Source: a virus
DNA length: 64,000 nucleotides
IMG/VR virus record: IMGVR_UViG_3300005253_000017
Coordinates: 1 to 64,000 of that record
Strand: one strand, 5' to 3'
A program made the position numbers and the translations under genes. Every line of letters starts with the position of its first letter. The first letter of the stretch is position 1. Of the stretch, positions 9,760-20,363 are shown piece by piece. The notes beneath the pieces were generated by a model. That model was given only the letters and a program-made list of their open reading frames with translations. It had not been told where the DNA came from and did not search any database.

Positions 9760-11199
9760 CTACAACTCTTCCTTCAGTCTATTATACACCTGATCCACGA
9801 TCTGTTCGCTATACCCTTCAAGCAATTCAGCAAAGTTACCTTGCATCTTTTCCAACTTTTGATTTATCTCATCCTCCCTGACCTCTAGCGATTCCTCCGT
9901 CTCTTCCAACCCCATCTCGACCAAACTAGACTTGATATAGAACTTGTTGCCGGGGTCTTCCTCAGTCTCAACGTCCACCTCGTAGCCCAGCTGTTCCCTC
10001 GCCTCGTTAGGCGTTATCATGCCGAACTCTATCTGAACGGCGAACCGCTTGGTCAGCTTATCGACATCTTCCTTGAGCAGAGGCGTGGTGTCAAAGTAAA
10101 TCTCCATCCCCTCGTGCTCAGGGAACTTGGTGAGATAGAAGTTGTTCAGAGCACCAGCAATCTTCGCCAGCTTGGGGATGATGGTGTCCCTAGCAAAGCT
10201 CTCAAGCTGCAGGGAGTAATTGTCATACTTGGCGTGCTCCAACAGCCCCACCTTGATCGGGGGAACGCCAAGCACGGCAAGTATTGCCTGCCGGTTCTCG
10301 GCCCGCCCCTTAAGGAAATCAATGTCCTTGGGATTAACAGATATGGTCTGCCACTTGAGGTTCTTTGACAGGATGAGAACTTTGCGACCCTTCCCGCCTA
10401 AAAACTCGCGGATATCTTCGCCTAGCTTCTCGACCTCGTTGGGAGTCATCCGCTGCTCAGTAGATATCAGACCCTCAGGGGTAACACCATGCAGGAAGAA
10501 ATCCAGGTTCCAAGCCGACATCTGCTTGTCCTGCTTGATTTCCTCTATCGCGGCCATCAGACTGCCCTGCCCCTCGAAGTCTTTCAACGGATGAAAATAA
10601 TGAAATGGCACAATTTGGTCAGGCCGAAACTTGTCCTTCTTGGCCCTATTCTTCTGCTGATATACATAATGATCGATACCATGTCCACTAGGCTTCTTAG
10701 GGACGGGCCGTAATCGGTATGAGGGGATAGTGTACAGCTCAACGGGCTGCTTCTTAATTATCTCCTGCTTACCGATAGTCGTAGTGGTTTTCTTCTGCAC
10801 TACCTCCCAGTAGCTATCCCCGGAGGTCTCTAGGTAGATGACCAAGGCCTCCATTAGGTCGTACCGGGTCTGGAGCTCGTTGGGCCTATTCAGTAGGTCT
10901 AAAGCAGGGTGTTCCTTCACATCCTCCTGGCCCCCCTTGCCAATTAGCCTCATCTTGATATCCAGCTGGGCTATAGTAGAGGCAATAGCAAATACCCCCG
11001 CATACGCCCATACGTGGTCAACGTATAGCTTAATCCACTGCTCGGCGTTGCTGGGGGTCATGAATGCGTCCCCAAACTCAAACAGTCCCCTAACCGAGTA
11101 CGCTGCGGCCTGTGACGCCTTAACCAATATGTCTGCGGGCATGTTCTCTAATCCCGCTGCCTCTAGCTCGCCTATGGTAGGCGGTAATTCTTTACTCAT
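9760..11199 (-). CDS. Phage portal protein (HK97 family)
   Basis: WAYAGVFAIASTIAQL, EHPALDLLNRPN, FFLHGVTPEG, AVLGVPPIKVG, MITPNEAREQLG. Confidence 0.93.
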   Translation of the reverse strand: MSKELPPTIGELEAAGLENMPADILVKASQAAAYSVRGLFEFGDAFMTPSNAEQWIKLYVDHVWAYAGVFAIASTIAQLDIKMRLIGKGGQEDVKEHPALDLLNRPNELQTRYDLMEALVIYLETSGDSYWEVVQKKTTTTIGKQEIIKKQPVELYTIPSYRLRPVPKKPSGHGIDHYVYQQKNRAKKDKFRPDQIVPFHYFHPLKDFEGQGSLMAAIEEIKQDKQMSAWNLDFFLHGVTPEGLISTEQRMTPNEVEKLGEDIREFLGGKGRKVLILSKNLKWQTISVNPKDIDFLKGRAENRQAILAVLGVPPIKVGLLEHAKYDNYSLQLESFARDTIIPKLAKIAGALNNFYLTKFPEHEGMEIYFDTTPLLKEDVDKLTKRFAVQIEFGMITPNEAREQLGYEVDVETEEDPGNKFYIKSSLVEMGLEETEESLEVREDEINQKLEKMQGNFAELLEGYSEQIVDQVYNRLKEEL

Positions 11200-12062
11200 T
11201 CGTCCTCATCTTCTCCTCCGTCTCCGTTTTCATTGCTTTCTTCCAATTCTCTTTCCAGTAATCATACCAAGAACGGGGTTTTAGCTCCCCATCCACCCAT
11301 ACCCACAATTCAGGACATTCACCTTCCCATTTAGGAGCATGCCATTCGCCAGCGAACCCACCACAACAAGACCCATTCATTTTGTCTTTGCCATCCTTGC
11401 CTCAGCACCTTCCCTAGAAAGATGGGAGCTTATCACATTGCCGTCTTTATCCTTGACAAACCACATCTTGCAGACGGGGCACTTTGCTGGCCCCTCGGCT
11501 CCGGTCTCAAATTCCTTGTTACAGAACCAGCAGTTCATTTCCCACCCTTTGTTCTTCTCGAACGATGGCGGATAGCACTCGAGCGCCGTCGCCTAAACTC
11601 ATCATCCTTTATCGCTTGCCTTGCAGCCCACTCAATACCATCTACATGGCATTTTAGACACAAATCGTTATTACCATAAAATTCCCCCTCTTCACCGCAA
11701 ACTGCACATGTTCTCATTCCTCTCTCCTTTTTGAAGAAGGAATGAAGGTCCCAAGCTAACCGCATTTTACGAATTGCTCCCCAATCTTCATCAGCTAAAC
11801 ATGGTTTCCAAGTATGATCATCACTGCTAAGAGAATACTGCATCTCACAATCAGGACATGCTGCTACTCTCTTTATAAACCACTCAATCTTTCCCCCACA
11901 GACATCGCACATATACTGGAGTTCCGGCTTCATCACTCTCTCCCTATCCCCGCCTTAGCCATGGCAATGCACATGTCCCTGAACTTCTTAGAGCACTCGT
12001 TGGCCGGGTCGCCCTTATTGGTAGTCAGGGTTATCGCCCTAGCCGCCCGGAATCTAGCTTCT

Positions 12063-12371
12063 CTAGCTGTTCTTTTCTGCTTCTTGTCTTCCAAGTTCAA
12101 TTCCTTGATTAAGCGTTTCGGTCAACCTCTCTGCCTCAATCTCGAAGACATCAAGCGATGTCCGCTCCTTGTCTATTCTCCCCTCTACGACGACATACCC
12201 TATCGCAACCGCCACCATGCCCACGATTGTGCCCACCCTTACGATTACCTCGGTCACCTGGTCCCCGTACTCGGGTGCAAACATGGCAACGAGTAGGCCA
12301 ACCTCCACGGCCGCAGTCGCCAGGAATTTGCGGCTAGTGAACTTTGTTAGAATCTCTGGTAGTGTCTTCAT
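12063..12371 (-). CDS. Putative holin
   Basis: KFTSRKF followed by two TM helices and a charged C-terminus, a common holin architecture. Confidence 0.5.
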   Translation of the reverse strand: MKTLPEILTKFTSRKFLATAAVEVGLLVAMFAPEYGDQVTEVIVRVGTIVGMVAVAIGYVVVEGRIDKERTSLDVFEIEAERLTETLNQGIELGRQEAEKNS

Positions 12372-13444
12372 TTGTCCTTCCTTCCATATTTCAAAGAAGC
12401 ATCTTCGATTAACTTGTCTGCGGCAGCAAACGAAAACCGCTTAAGATAAGCCATAACTTCTTTTCTCGTTGCCAATCTCTTTGTCATCTTTGGACAAGAA
12501 TCATAGCCACCGCCCAAAAGATGTTGATATAGTTCTTCCCTCTCGACGATAAAGCAAAGATTATCGCTGTCTGCCACAATCTCCCCCGGCTTGAACTCGG
12601 GCTCTATCTTGCGAAGAACTAATCGTGGTCCCCAAATCCAAGCGGGGATCATCTGAAGCGCCCCCACTCCACGACTATCCATTCCCCACTCACCCTCCTT
12701 TAATTCCCGATAGTCCCATGTCAGCTCAAACCCATCAGGCGCTATAGGGAGTTTATCAAGAAGCTTGGCGAGTTCCATCCACTGTTCTGACCTCACCAGA
12801 GGTATCCACGTCCCCTCGACCGCCTCACGCATCGCCTTTGCCCATTCTTTCGTGTTCATCATCCTTCTCCTTTGTCTCTTTCCAACAAATCGCCATAGAA
12901 ATTAGATGGTGGCATACTTTCATTCTCATCAAGACCAACACAACACCACGCAGCAAGAGCTAATCGCCTAATTTCTTTGCTAAAGTCACAATCCTTGCTG
13001 CTTAACCGTTCCTCGTGGTCGTCCAACAATTCCTTAAGGTACTTGTTCATCCTTCTCCTTCATCTACCGGCTGTACAGGCTGACTCATTATATACCCCGC
13101 CCCAAGCAGGCCCAATAGAACATCGGTTATCAACAGCGAATACAGGATACAATAAGCATACTCGTTCCTCACCCCATCCAGGGTCTCATTGTCCGGCAAA
13201 CCAAAGGCTGTGCCTATTGCGTCCCACATCTTATCATTGCCATCCCGCCTTCTGCTCATCAGCATCCTTATCGTATCACACAGGGGTCCACCGGTCCCCT
13301 TAATGTCGTCCTCCTTAAGACCCTGATTGAGCCCCATGCTCCTTAGGAAGGTCCCCAGCCCGGCCAGGGACGAGTGCTTGGTGGCCATCATCTCCGTGGC
13401 CTGGTCAAACCAGCATAGGGCCTTTGTGAGGTTGTTGGTTTCAG

Positions 13445-14281
13445 TCATATTCTATTATACACTCCTGACTCCACGCTATCGACCATCGTCACCAACACAT
13501 CGGGATTGTCTTCACTTAGGAAGCTCGCCCATCCACCCCCGGGCAGTTCGCCCCTTGTTATGGCGGAGAATAGGGGGGAGAGGGCTTGGGTCATGCCTCT
13601 CCTATTAAGCCTCATATGACAGGCGGTACAAAAGGTAATGAGATTGCTTAACCTTACGTTTACCTTTTCCTCATCAATATGATGAACGGTCAACTTTCTT
13701 GAATTTCCAATTTTTGTTCGGTGTGCTATCGAAGAGATGCCGCAAATCTGGCATTTGTGGCCGTCTCGCTTTCGAACAATTTCTCTAAGTTCCGGCGTCC
13801 ATTCGAGAGGATAAGATTCTGAAGAAGCCCCGCCTCTCCAACTCGGGTTCCTTTCCCCGGATTGGTTTTTACTCTGCTTCAATCGAAGCTCTGGGTGTTT
13901 TCTAAACGTTTCTCTACGTTTCTCAAGTTGCTTACGTGCAAGTTCAGGATTTTTGTTATAAATCTCCTTTAATGCCTCACTTTTTCTAGTTGCAAGAGTA
14001 GGATCATTGACGTGAGCTCGTTTAGCAGACTCACGCATTTTGAGCCTTTCTTTCGGATTTTTATAACGCTTCACTTGCCCTTTGTGCTTTCTTCCCCTAG
14101 TCTTCTGACAGTTAAATTCAACTTTCGGATAAAGTCTTTTCAGTTGGCTTACTGTCAAATGGTGTTTTTTTAGGTGTGTAGGAACTATTCCCTTAAATCT
14201 TTTCCCGCAACCGGGAACCGGACAAACAACATAGTCAATCCCCTCATATTCTTCCGTCCCATCAAAGAAAGGCTTAATCAT
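13445..14281 (-). CDS. Free-standing HNH homing endonuclease with N-terminal Zn finger and NUMOD3-like motif
   Basis: CPVPGC...HLKKH, GERNPSWRGG, RDGHKCQICG, VHHIDEEKVN...NLITFCTACH. Confidence 0.85.
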   Translation of the reverse strand: MIKPFFDGTEEYEGIDYVVCPVPGCGKRFKGIVPTHLKKHHLTVSQLKRLYPKVEFNCQKTRGRKHKGQVKRYKNPKERLKMRESAKRAHVNDPTLATRKSEALKEIYNKNPELARKQLEKRRETFRKHPELRLKQSKNQSGERNPSWRGGASSESYPLEWTPELREIVRKRDGHKCQICGISSIAHRTKIGNSRKLTVHHIDEEKVNVRLSNLITFCTACHMRLNRRGMTQALSPLFSAITRGELPGGGWASFLSEDNPDVLVTMVDSVESGVYNRI

Positions 14282-15615
14282 TATTCACCCACCAATGCAC
14301 TAATCGTATAACCAAACCCCGATCCTGCGAAACAATATGCAAAACTATCAGCATAGTCCGGGCTGTGTCCCAGCCTCTCTGTGATTTTATCCTTTTTTTC
14401 AATTTGCACTGTTCGCTCTGTAGTACTCCTATGAAATTTGATGACACCAAGTTCATTGATGATTTTACTATCATTGGGTAGACTTATCTTTCCGACCTCT
14501 AACAATTCTCTCAACTCAAAGTATATCTCAGTCCGGTAATTGAAAAATCTGTCATCATTACTCTTTGCTCCCCCTATTATGTATTCGATAGGTAGCCCCA
14601 TGGCCGCGAGATGATCGGCGATGGGTTTGCCAAGTCCAATCGCGTCGATTTTAATTAGAGAGGGAGCATATTTATCTGCCAAGTGCTGGATTAACGCTAC
14701 TAAGTCCATCGTATCCTTACTACCAGACGTACCTACAACAGTTCCTCTCATACCCTCCCTCATCGTAATGACACTCAAGTCTCCTCCAGCGCCGACGTCC
14801 ACGCCAAACTCAACGGGTAAACCAGGTTCCGTTTCCCGCTTAGCAGCAGCTATTAACCAATCTGCAGGTAAAACAGCCTCAAAATCGACAAGCGATTCCC
14901 AGTCGCCATCTACAAATTTCCGCTCCCATCCAGGAATATGAGCAAACTGTATACGCAGCATATTTTCATAATCCTTTGCTACATGAGGATTGTCAGTTAC
15001 CTTGCTCTGAATGAACTCATGGTCTGGTCTTGATTCGTCGATCCACCGTTGTTTCACCCAACCCAAAGACGGATTACTGGTGCCAGCAATTCGGGCCGGG
15101 GGAAACTCGATTTTACCGGTTAAGACATTCTTTGCCTTTATCCGCATGATACGTGTTGAGAGAAACGTAAAAGCGTCTTCGGGCATGTCGGTAACTTCAT
15201 CCACGAACAGCTCGCTGAGTTCCAAAGACCGCAAAATTGAGAAGGGATCGCCAGAGGCCGACGAGCTAGGTTTGAGTCCCCCATACCTAAGCGTACTGCC
15301 ATTGTAGAACTCTATCAATCGATTAGACTGATTATGCTCCTTCACGAACTTCCCCGGACTACCAGAATCGGGATCGTCGATTCCTAAAATCCACTTCTTC
15401 ATCGTCTCATAGGTAGTCCCAGTAAAGGCGTGATTCTCCCATCTGAATATCCCCACTTTGTTCCCCGCCCAATAAAGACAATGACGAAGTGCGTCATTAC
15501 AAATCCAGACTGACTTGCCCCCTGCTGTTGCCCCCCCATAGAGAATGTACTTAGCCCTTGAATTATGAGCGATGAGCTGCCTAGCCGTCGGGATGTACTT
15601 AAGCTCTACCTCCAT
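14281..15615 (-). CDS. terL: Terminase large subunit
   Basis: Walker A YGGATAGGKS, Walker B LFVDEVT, TSNP motif, nuclease FGVDVGAGGD, IDAIGLG, SPDYADS. Confidence 0.95.
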   Translation of the reverse strand: MEVELKYIPTARQLIAHNSRAKYILYGGATAGGKSVWICNDALRHCLYWAGNKVGIFRWENHAFTGTTYETMKKWILGIDDPDSGSPGKFVKEHNQSNRLIEFYNGSTLRYGGLKPSSSASGDPFSILRSLELSELFVDEVTDMPEDAFTFLSTRIMRIKAKNVLTGKIEFPPARIAGTSNPSLGWVKQRWIDESRPDHEFIQSKVTDNPHVAKDYENMLRIQFAHIPGWERKFVDGDWESLVDFEAVLPADWLIAAAKRETEPGLPVEFGVDVGAGGDLSVITMREGMRGTVVGTSGSKDTMDLVALIQHLADKYAPSLIKIDAIGLGKPIADHLAAMGLPIEYIIGGAKSNDDRFFNYRTEIYFELRELLEVGKISLPNDSKIINELGVIKFHRSTTERTVQIEKKDKITERLGHSPDYADSFAYCFAGSGFGYTISALVGE

Positions 15616-15626
15616 CCTCCAACTGC

Positions 15627-15655
15627 ATTATACCAACATGAGAGGGAAATGTAAA
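15627..15655 (-). promoter_or_regulatory. Sigma70-like promoter upstream of terL
   Basis: Minus strand TTTACA-17 nt-TATAAT, then GGAGG just before the ATG. Confidence 0.6.
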
Positions 15656-16491
15656 GAAGAAAAAGCAAGATTTCGTAAAAATCTTTTTGCCAGAGATGAT
15701 ATTCTAAATATTTGGGTTAATGTTTAGGTATCCTGTTCACACTCACACTCATTGTACCCCTCTTTATTCCCAACACACTCGCCATCCTTCCAAGTCTCTT
15801 CGAGAAGCTCTGCGATAGCCTTTGTCATCGCGGCAATGCTAACGACAATATAGCCAGACGGTTTCTCACATTCTTCCTCCCCCAACCGTCTCAACAAGCT
15901 TACCGCCTGATATTCCATCTCAGTCATTTCTTCTCCTACAACACACCAGCAATCATATAGACACAGAGAACATCACAAACCATGGCCGTCAGCCAAAGGA
16001 GAACGGCCCCACTCATATCTCCCGCTTCCCTGCCCCTTAATACAAGCCACAGCCCTATGCCAAATGCCATCGTTATCACTTTCTTTCTCCTATCGGTCAG
16101 ACATAGCAATAAAGATAGTCATCCTCGACAATGTGATAGGCATCATAATTGTCCGCCTCTTCCATCGCCTCTTTCAATGAATCATATACATCCTCACACA
16201 CAAAGGCCCTTTCTACCACGTCCCACATCCACACCTCATAGTACGTCTCAGCCTTACACTTCGTCCTTCGCTTGGTCTTTACAATCTTTGCCTCAGCCTT
16301 CATCTCTTCTCTCCTATCCAGTTAGCTCAATTATTGACCACGCTACAACACAACCAAACATTGCCATAATAATGACATGCCCCATTAGAAGTTCCCTTGA
16401 ACCCTCACCAGAGCCCCAACGGAAATAAAGCCAAGGAGTCGCCACGATCCCTAGCAGACCTACTATCAATACCATTAACCATACCATTTTC

Positions 16492-17649
16492 CTATCTCCT
16501 ACATGACAGAACGAAAGCTGTTCTATGCTGCATAGCAGCCAATACCGAGGATTCATTTACGACTTTCCACTGTCTCTGGTCCCTCGGCGGATTGTCACCA
16601 ATAATTTCCACCACCACCATAATGTGTCTTGTCTTAGGTGGGTCAGCATCCATGAGCCGGGGGGTCACATAACACCGGGCCTCATCTTCTGGCAGTCCCA
16701 CTATCCTGGCATACCTCGTAGCCCCCTTCCCACTCGCCAGTACGACATATCCGCCCAGCTTCATGAACCGGAGATTCACCCCCAAATTTCCTATTGCCGA
16801 CCTATCGGGGTCTCGCCGATCATTCCTGATATGAGCATCGGGTATCCTGACCACCCCAATAGTATTCCCAGCTTCCCGAGAATAGGACAGGGCGATGAGC
16901 TGATGGCGATCAGGCCGCTCCTCTCTGCCAAGCAAAACAAATCCCCTTATCTTTGGGGGGAGGCCACGGATGTAATGCTGTGAATTTCTGCCCAGATATT
17001 CCTCTGTCATTTCGTCGATAAGGACACTTAGCGGGGGCGGATAGTGCCCCGGATTGTTGGAATAATGAAACTGAAATTCAAGGGCGTCCCTCGCTTCAAA
17101 GGAACACCCCCAAGCCTTGCATATCCTGGGCCATTTATCAGCCTCCTTCATCCTTCCTAGGGTATCCCAGTTTCCTAGTACAACTTCCCCTAGTACCAAC
17201 CCATTCTCGCTTATCATCATACCCACAGAATCGTTATAGGACTTCTCGTTCTCTTTTATAGCGGCTACGAAAACAGAGGCAGCCATGGAAAGCCCGACAC
17301 CCAATATACCAAGAGCGATAAGAACCTCAATTAACGTAAATCCTCTCGGTTTCTTTTCTCCTTTTATGGAGGCAGTTCTCCATTTCTCCTTCGCCTCTTC
17401 CATGGCCTTCCTATGGACATCTATCTCTTCCAAGTACTCATCCCTGATAGCCCGACACTCATGACAGTACCCCTCCCAATTCGTTTCCAATTGACCCGAA
17501 TACCAACCGCTATGGCATTCATTACAGGCAAACCTACCACACACACCGCAGCGAACGAAGAAGCCCCTTAAGTCAAGATGGTCCCCACACCAATCACAGT
17601 AGTACCGTTCTACTGTCTTGCTGACTGTCTCTTTAACACACGCCATCAC
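16492..17649 (-). CDS. Zn-finger N-terminus joined to prepilin-type N-methylation domain protein (possible internal start at 17403)
   Basis: CDWC/CGVC/CNEC/CHEC, then KKPRG|FTLIEVLIALGILGVGLSMAASVF (class III signal peptide with E5). Confidence 0.75.
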   Translation of the reverse strand: MMACVKETVSKTVERYYCDWCGDHLDLRGFFVRCGVCGRFACNECHSGWYSGQLETNWEGYCHECRAIRDEYLEEIDVHRKAMEEAKEKWRTASIKGEKKPRGFTLIEVLIALGILGVGLSMAASVFVAAIKENEKSYNDSVGMMISENGLVLGEVVLGNWDTLGRMKEADKWPRICKAWGCSFEARDALEFQFHYSNNPGHYPPPLSVLIDEMTEEYLGRNSQHYIRGLPPKIRGFVLLGREERPDRHQLIALSYSREAGNTIGVVRIPDAHIRNDRRDPDRSAIGNLGVNLRFMKLGGYVVLASGKGATRYARIVGLPEDEARCYVTPRLMDADPPKTRHIMVVVEIIGDNPPRDQRQWKVVNESSVLAAMQHRTAFVLSCRR

Positions 17650-17847
17650 TTCTCTCCTCAGTCATTTTAATAAGCAATAACATGAGTGTGCCCGTATCTA
17701 AAGAATACTTAACCTGATTATCGCTTAATAGTTCGCATTCGAGTAACCGTGAGACAGAACCAAGAGTATGACCATCCCCGGCATTCTCGGCAGTAAAATG
17801 GAGCTTACCGCAGGCATCACTATCAAAGACACGCTCATATTCAATCT

Positions 17848-18405
17848 TCATCTCTTCTCTCCTTCAAAATCATCGGTCCAATCGGATTCCTTTTCCTCAA
17901 TCAGCTTCTGCTCTATTATACCCCCCTCAATTACCTGTGGCAAAGGCAAAGGCATTCCGGGGGCGTAAATGATGACTTTCGTGCCTCCCTGCTCCTGGCC
18001 TCCTCCCACCTCTCTCTCTACCCTGGCAACGGCTATCGCGGCTTCCCTTTTGGCACCTATCTCCAATACTGTTTTCATGGAATCGAGCATCATCTCGGCA
18101 TAGGCCGGACCCTTGTCCATGAACGCCGCGATTCCTTTCGCCATGTCCCTGTTATCCTTGCCCCCACACTGGAGAATATAGGTCATAAATCCCTCAATGA
18201 TATCCTTGTTGACCTTGTTCCCACTACCCTTCGGTCGCCCGGCTCCCGGATTCTTGTTTTCCTCCGGGGGCTTCTTCTGATATTTGGATTTCGGGGGACG
18301 GTGTTCCGGGAATTCTCGATAGTGCTTTGCGAATCCCGGCCCCGAAGTGGCCATGAATTTGCATCCCTTGAACTTGCATTCCAACGGCCACTTATTGTTT
18401 GGCAT
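17848..18405 (-). CDS. Putative terminase small subunit
   Basis: PGAGRPKGSGNK motif typical of TerS-like proteins; N-terminal C2H2-like finger; lies upstream of terL. Confidence 0.5.
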   Translation of the reverse strand: MPNNKWPLECKFKGCKFMATSGPGFAKHYREFPEHRPPKSKYQKKPPEENKNPGAGRPKGSGNKVNKDIIEGFMTYILQCGGKDNRDMAKGIAAFMDKGPAYAEMMLDSMKTVLEIGAKREAAIAVARVEREVGGGQEQGGTKVIIYAPGMPLPLPQVIEGGIIEQKLIEEKESDWTDDFEGEKR

Positions 18406-18467
18406 CGTTTTCCTCTTTCTTTGTCTCGGGCGTGTCCTCTACGCTCTGGTTGTCTTATTTATTCTCT

Positions 18468-18863
18468 TTACTCCGCACCACAAAGCGGGCAGTCGCCCCC
18501 CATGTGGGATTCGTAACACTCAACACTAGCCGCCATCCAATCCTCTCCGTAACACCGCATGGCATTATTTATAATGCGATAAGGTGTCCGAAACACTCGC
18601 CCTGACCACACTTTTGCCGCCCTCTCGTAAGTAAAGTGCAGCCACATCGCGGGCATACCAAGAGCAAGCGCCCCCACGAAAACGCCATAAGCAAGTTGCT
18701 CCGGCACACCGAAGGCGACACCCACCCCTACGAAACAAAGGCCAAGGATCATCATCGCGATATGAAACCAAGCCCACCGTTTCTGCCGTAGACGGAGCCT
18801 CGACACTTCCCTTGCCGCAATCCACGGTTCAGCTTCCTCTATATCAACTTGCCTACGCTTCAT
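18468..18863 (-). CDS. Two-TM membrane protein, paralogue of 9358-9753
   Basis: AEPWIAAREVSRL...ECYESHMGGDCPLCGAE. Confidence 0.6.
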   Translation of the reverse strand: MKRRQVDIEEAEPWIAAREVSRLRLRQKRWAWFHIAMMILGLCFVGVGVAFGVPEQLAYGVFVGALALGMPAMWLHFTYERAAKVWSGRVFRTPYRIINNAMRCYGEDWMAASVECYESHMGGDCPLCGAE

Positions 18864-19150
18864 CGCTCTTCTCCTTCTCCGCCATGCTGCGGAGGTCTGC
18901 ATCACATTCGTCAGCCTCGCGTTTGAGGTCATAAATTACACTGTCTAAGCCCCGCGAGTGAGGCGGCGGCTGTATCGAGTTGAGTTTTTGCACCGCCCGC
19001 CTCAGCGCATCCTTCCTCGCGGTAGCAAGCTGCTCGCGGAAGTCTTCGATCAACTCTGCCGATTCGGTGTATACCCGCTCGTCCAGGGCAAGGTGCTCGT
19101 CATGCGCCCGCGCAGCACGCACGCGCAGGTATTTCGGTAGGTCAAGTTTC

Positions 19151-19546
19151 TTAGCCTTCGCCATCGTCTTGCTCCTGCATAGCCGCGATAAACGCCTTGG
19201 TGATTGCCATCGCGGGGGTCTTTCCCCCTACAGCTTTTTTCCGATCAGGCCACAACCCTGCCCAGTACCGCCTGTTCCCAGCGGGGCCATATTTGGTCAA
19301 CTGCCATTGCGGGAACGTCTCCATGAGTGCGAACGCCGCCTCGATGGAGGTGGTGTAGGAAGGGACAATATCCGTTCGGCCCGCAATTCCCGGTTCCTTA
19401 GCCGGGTTCTGTCCAAACCAATGCCCAAGTTTCGGGCGTTCGTGAACAGCTATCCAGCCCGCTTGCCCCGCAGCCCACGCGTTCAGACAACCATCGTCAA
19501 CGCTATGCTCGCCGAGGGGGCGATTGCAGTGGGGGCAGGGGTTCAT
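19151..19546 (-). CDS. Phage ABA-sandwich domain protein
   Basis: VPSYTTSIEAAFALME...TPAMAITKAFI motif. Confidence 0.6.
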   Translation of the reverse strand: MNPCPHCNRPLGEHSVDDGCLNAWAAGQAGWIAVHERPKLGHWFGQNPAKEPGIAGRTDIVPSYTTSIEAAFALMETFPQWQLTKYGPAGNRRYWAGLWPDRKKAVGGKTPAMAITKAFIAAMQEQDDGEG

Positions 19547-20294
19547 GGCTTCTCCTCAAAAAACCAGTGGAGAATCGCGGGCGGGAGACATAGGAGGACA
19601 GCCACCAACACACCAGGGCCAAGCGTTAGACTCCACGCGAACCACTCCCATTTGACGCACGACGAGGTCGGCTCATCCCCAGGCCGACCACCCATTGCCC
19701 AAATGCCCCGGCTGATCGGATACGCAATCAAGCCGCATAGCACCCAGCCCGCAAAGAAACACAGTAGGACGGCCCAGTCCATCACCCACCCTCCTTACGC
19801 CCCGGCGGGGTAGCGAGGGCATCAGGAATAAACATCCCACTCCCAATATCCGCCCCTAGGCAGTTCCCGCAGCGATCTGCTTCGTCATCGAGCCCCGTAG
19901 GATCGTAGACGACGGTTTCTCTTGCGGTATCTGCCACCCCACACTCAGGACACCGATACAGCCTGATTCCGCCCTTCTCCAACTCCTTCACCCGCTCCCG
20001 CAGCGTATCGTTCTCCTCGCGGGCGGCGGTGAGCTGGTTATCCTTACAATCACGGCCACCTATCCCATGCAATCTTTGACACTCATGTTTTTTATCCCCA
20101 ACCCAATATTCCGATTTCCATTCCATCGCATGACCACAGTCCCGGCATTTCTCATTCATTTCAAGTCTCCCTAAAATCGTTTGTAAGGCCCTGTCTCCAA
20201 AAACACGTGGTTCTACCTATTTGTCGTCCTAGCGTCGCTCACAGACGATCCTCAGCGTTCCTAAGACGTTTCACGAGCCTTTCCCTTATGCCTA

Positions 20295-20354
20295 AGCGGC
20301 AGGACGGGAGTCGAACCCGTCAGTAAGGAGCGACCTCACTGCCTTTCTGTCGCC
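20295..20354 (-). ncRNA. D-armless tRNA-like RNA element
   Basis: Minus strand GGCGACAG-AAAGG-CAGTGAGG(TCGCT)CCTTACTG-ACGGG(TTCGACT)CCCGT-C-CTGCCGCT: canonical T-arm, acceptor-like closing stem, one internal hairpin. Confidence 0.6.
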
Positions 20355-20363
20355 TGTTCATCC

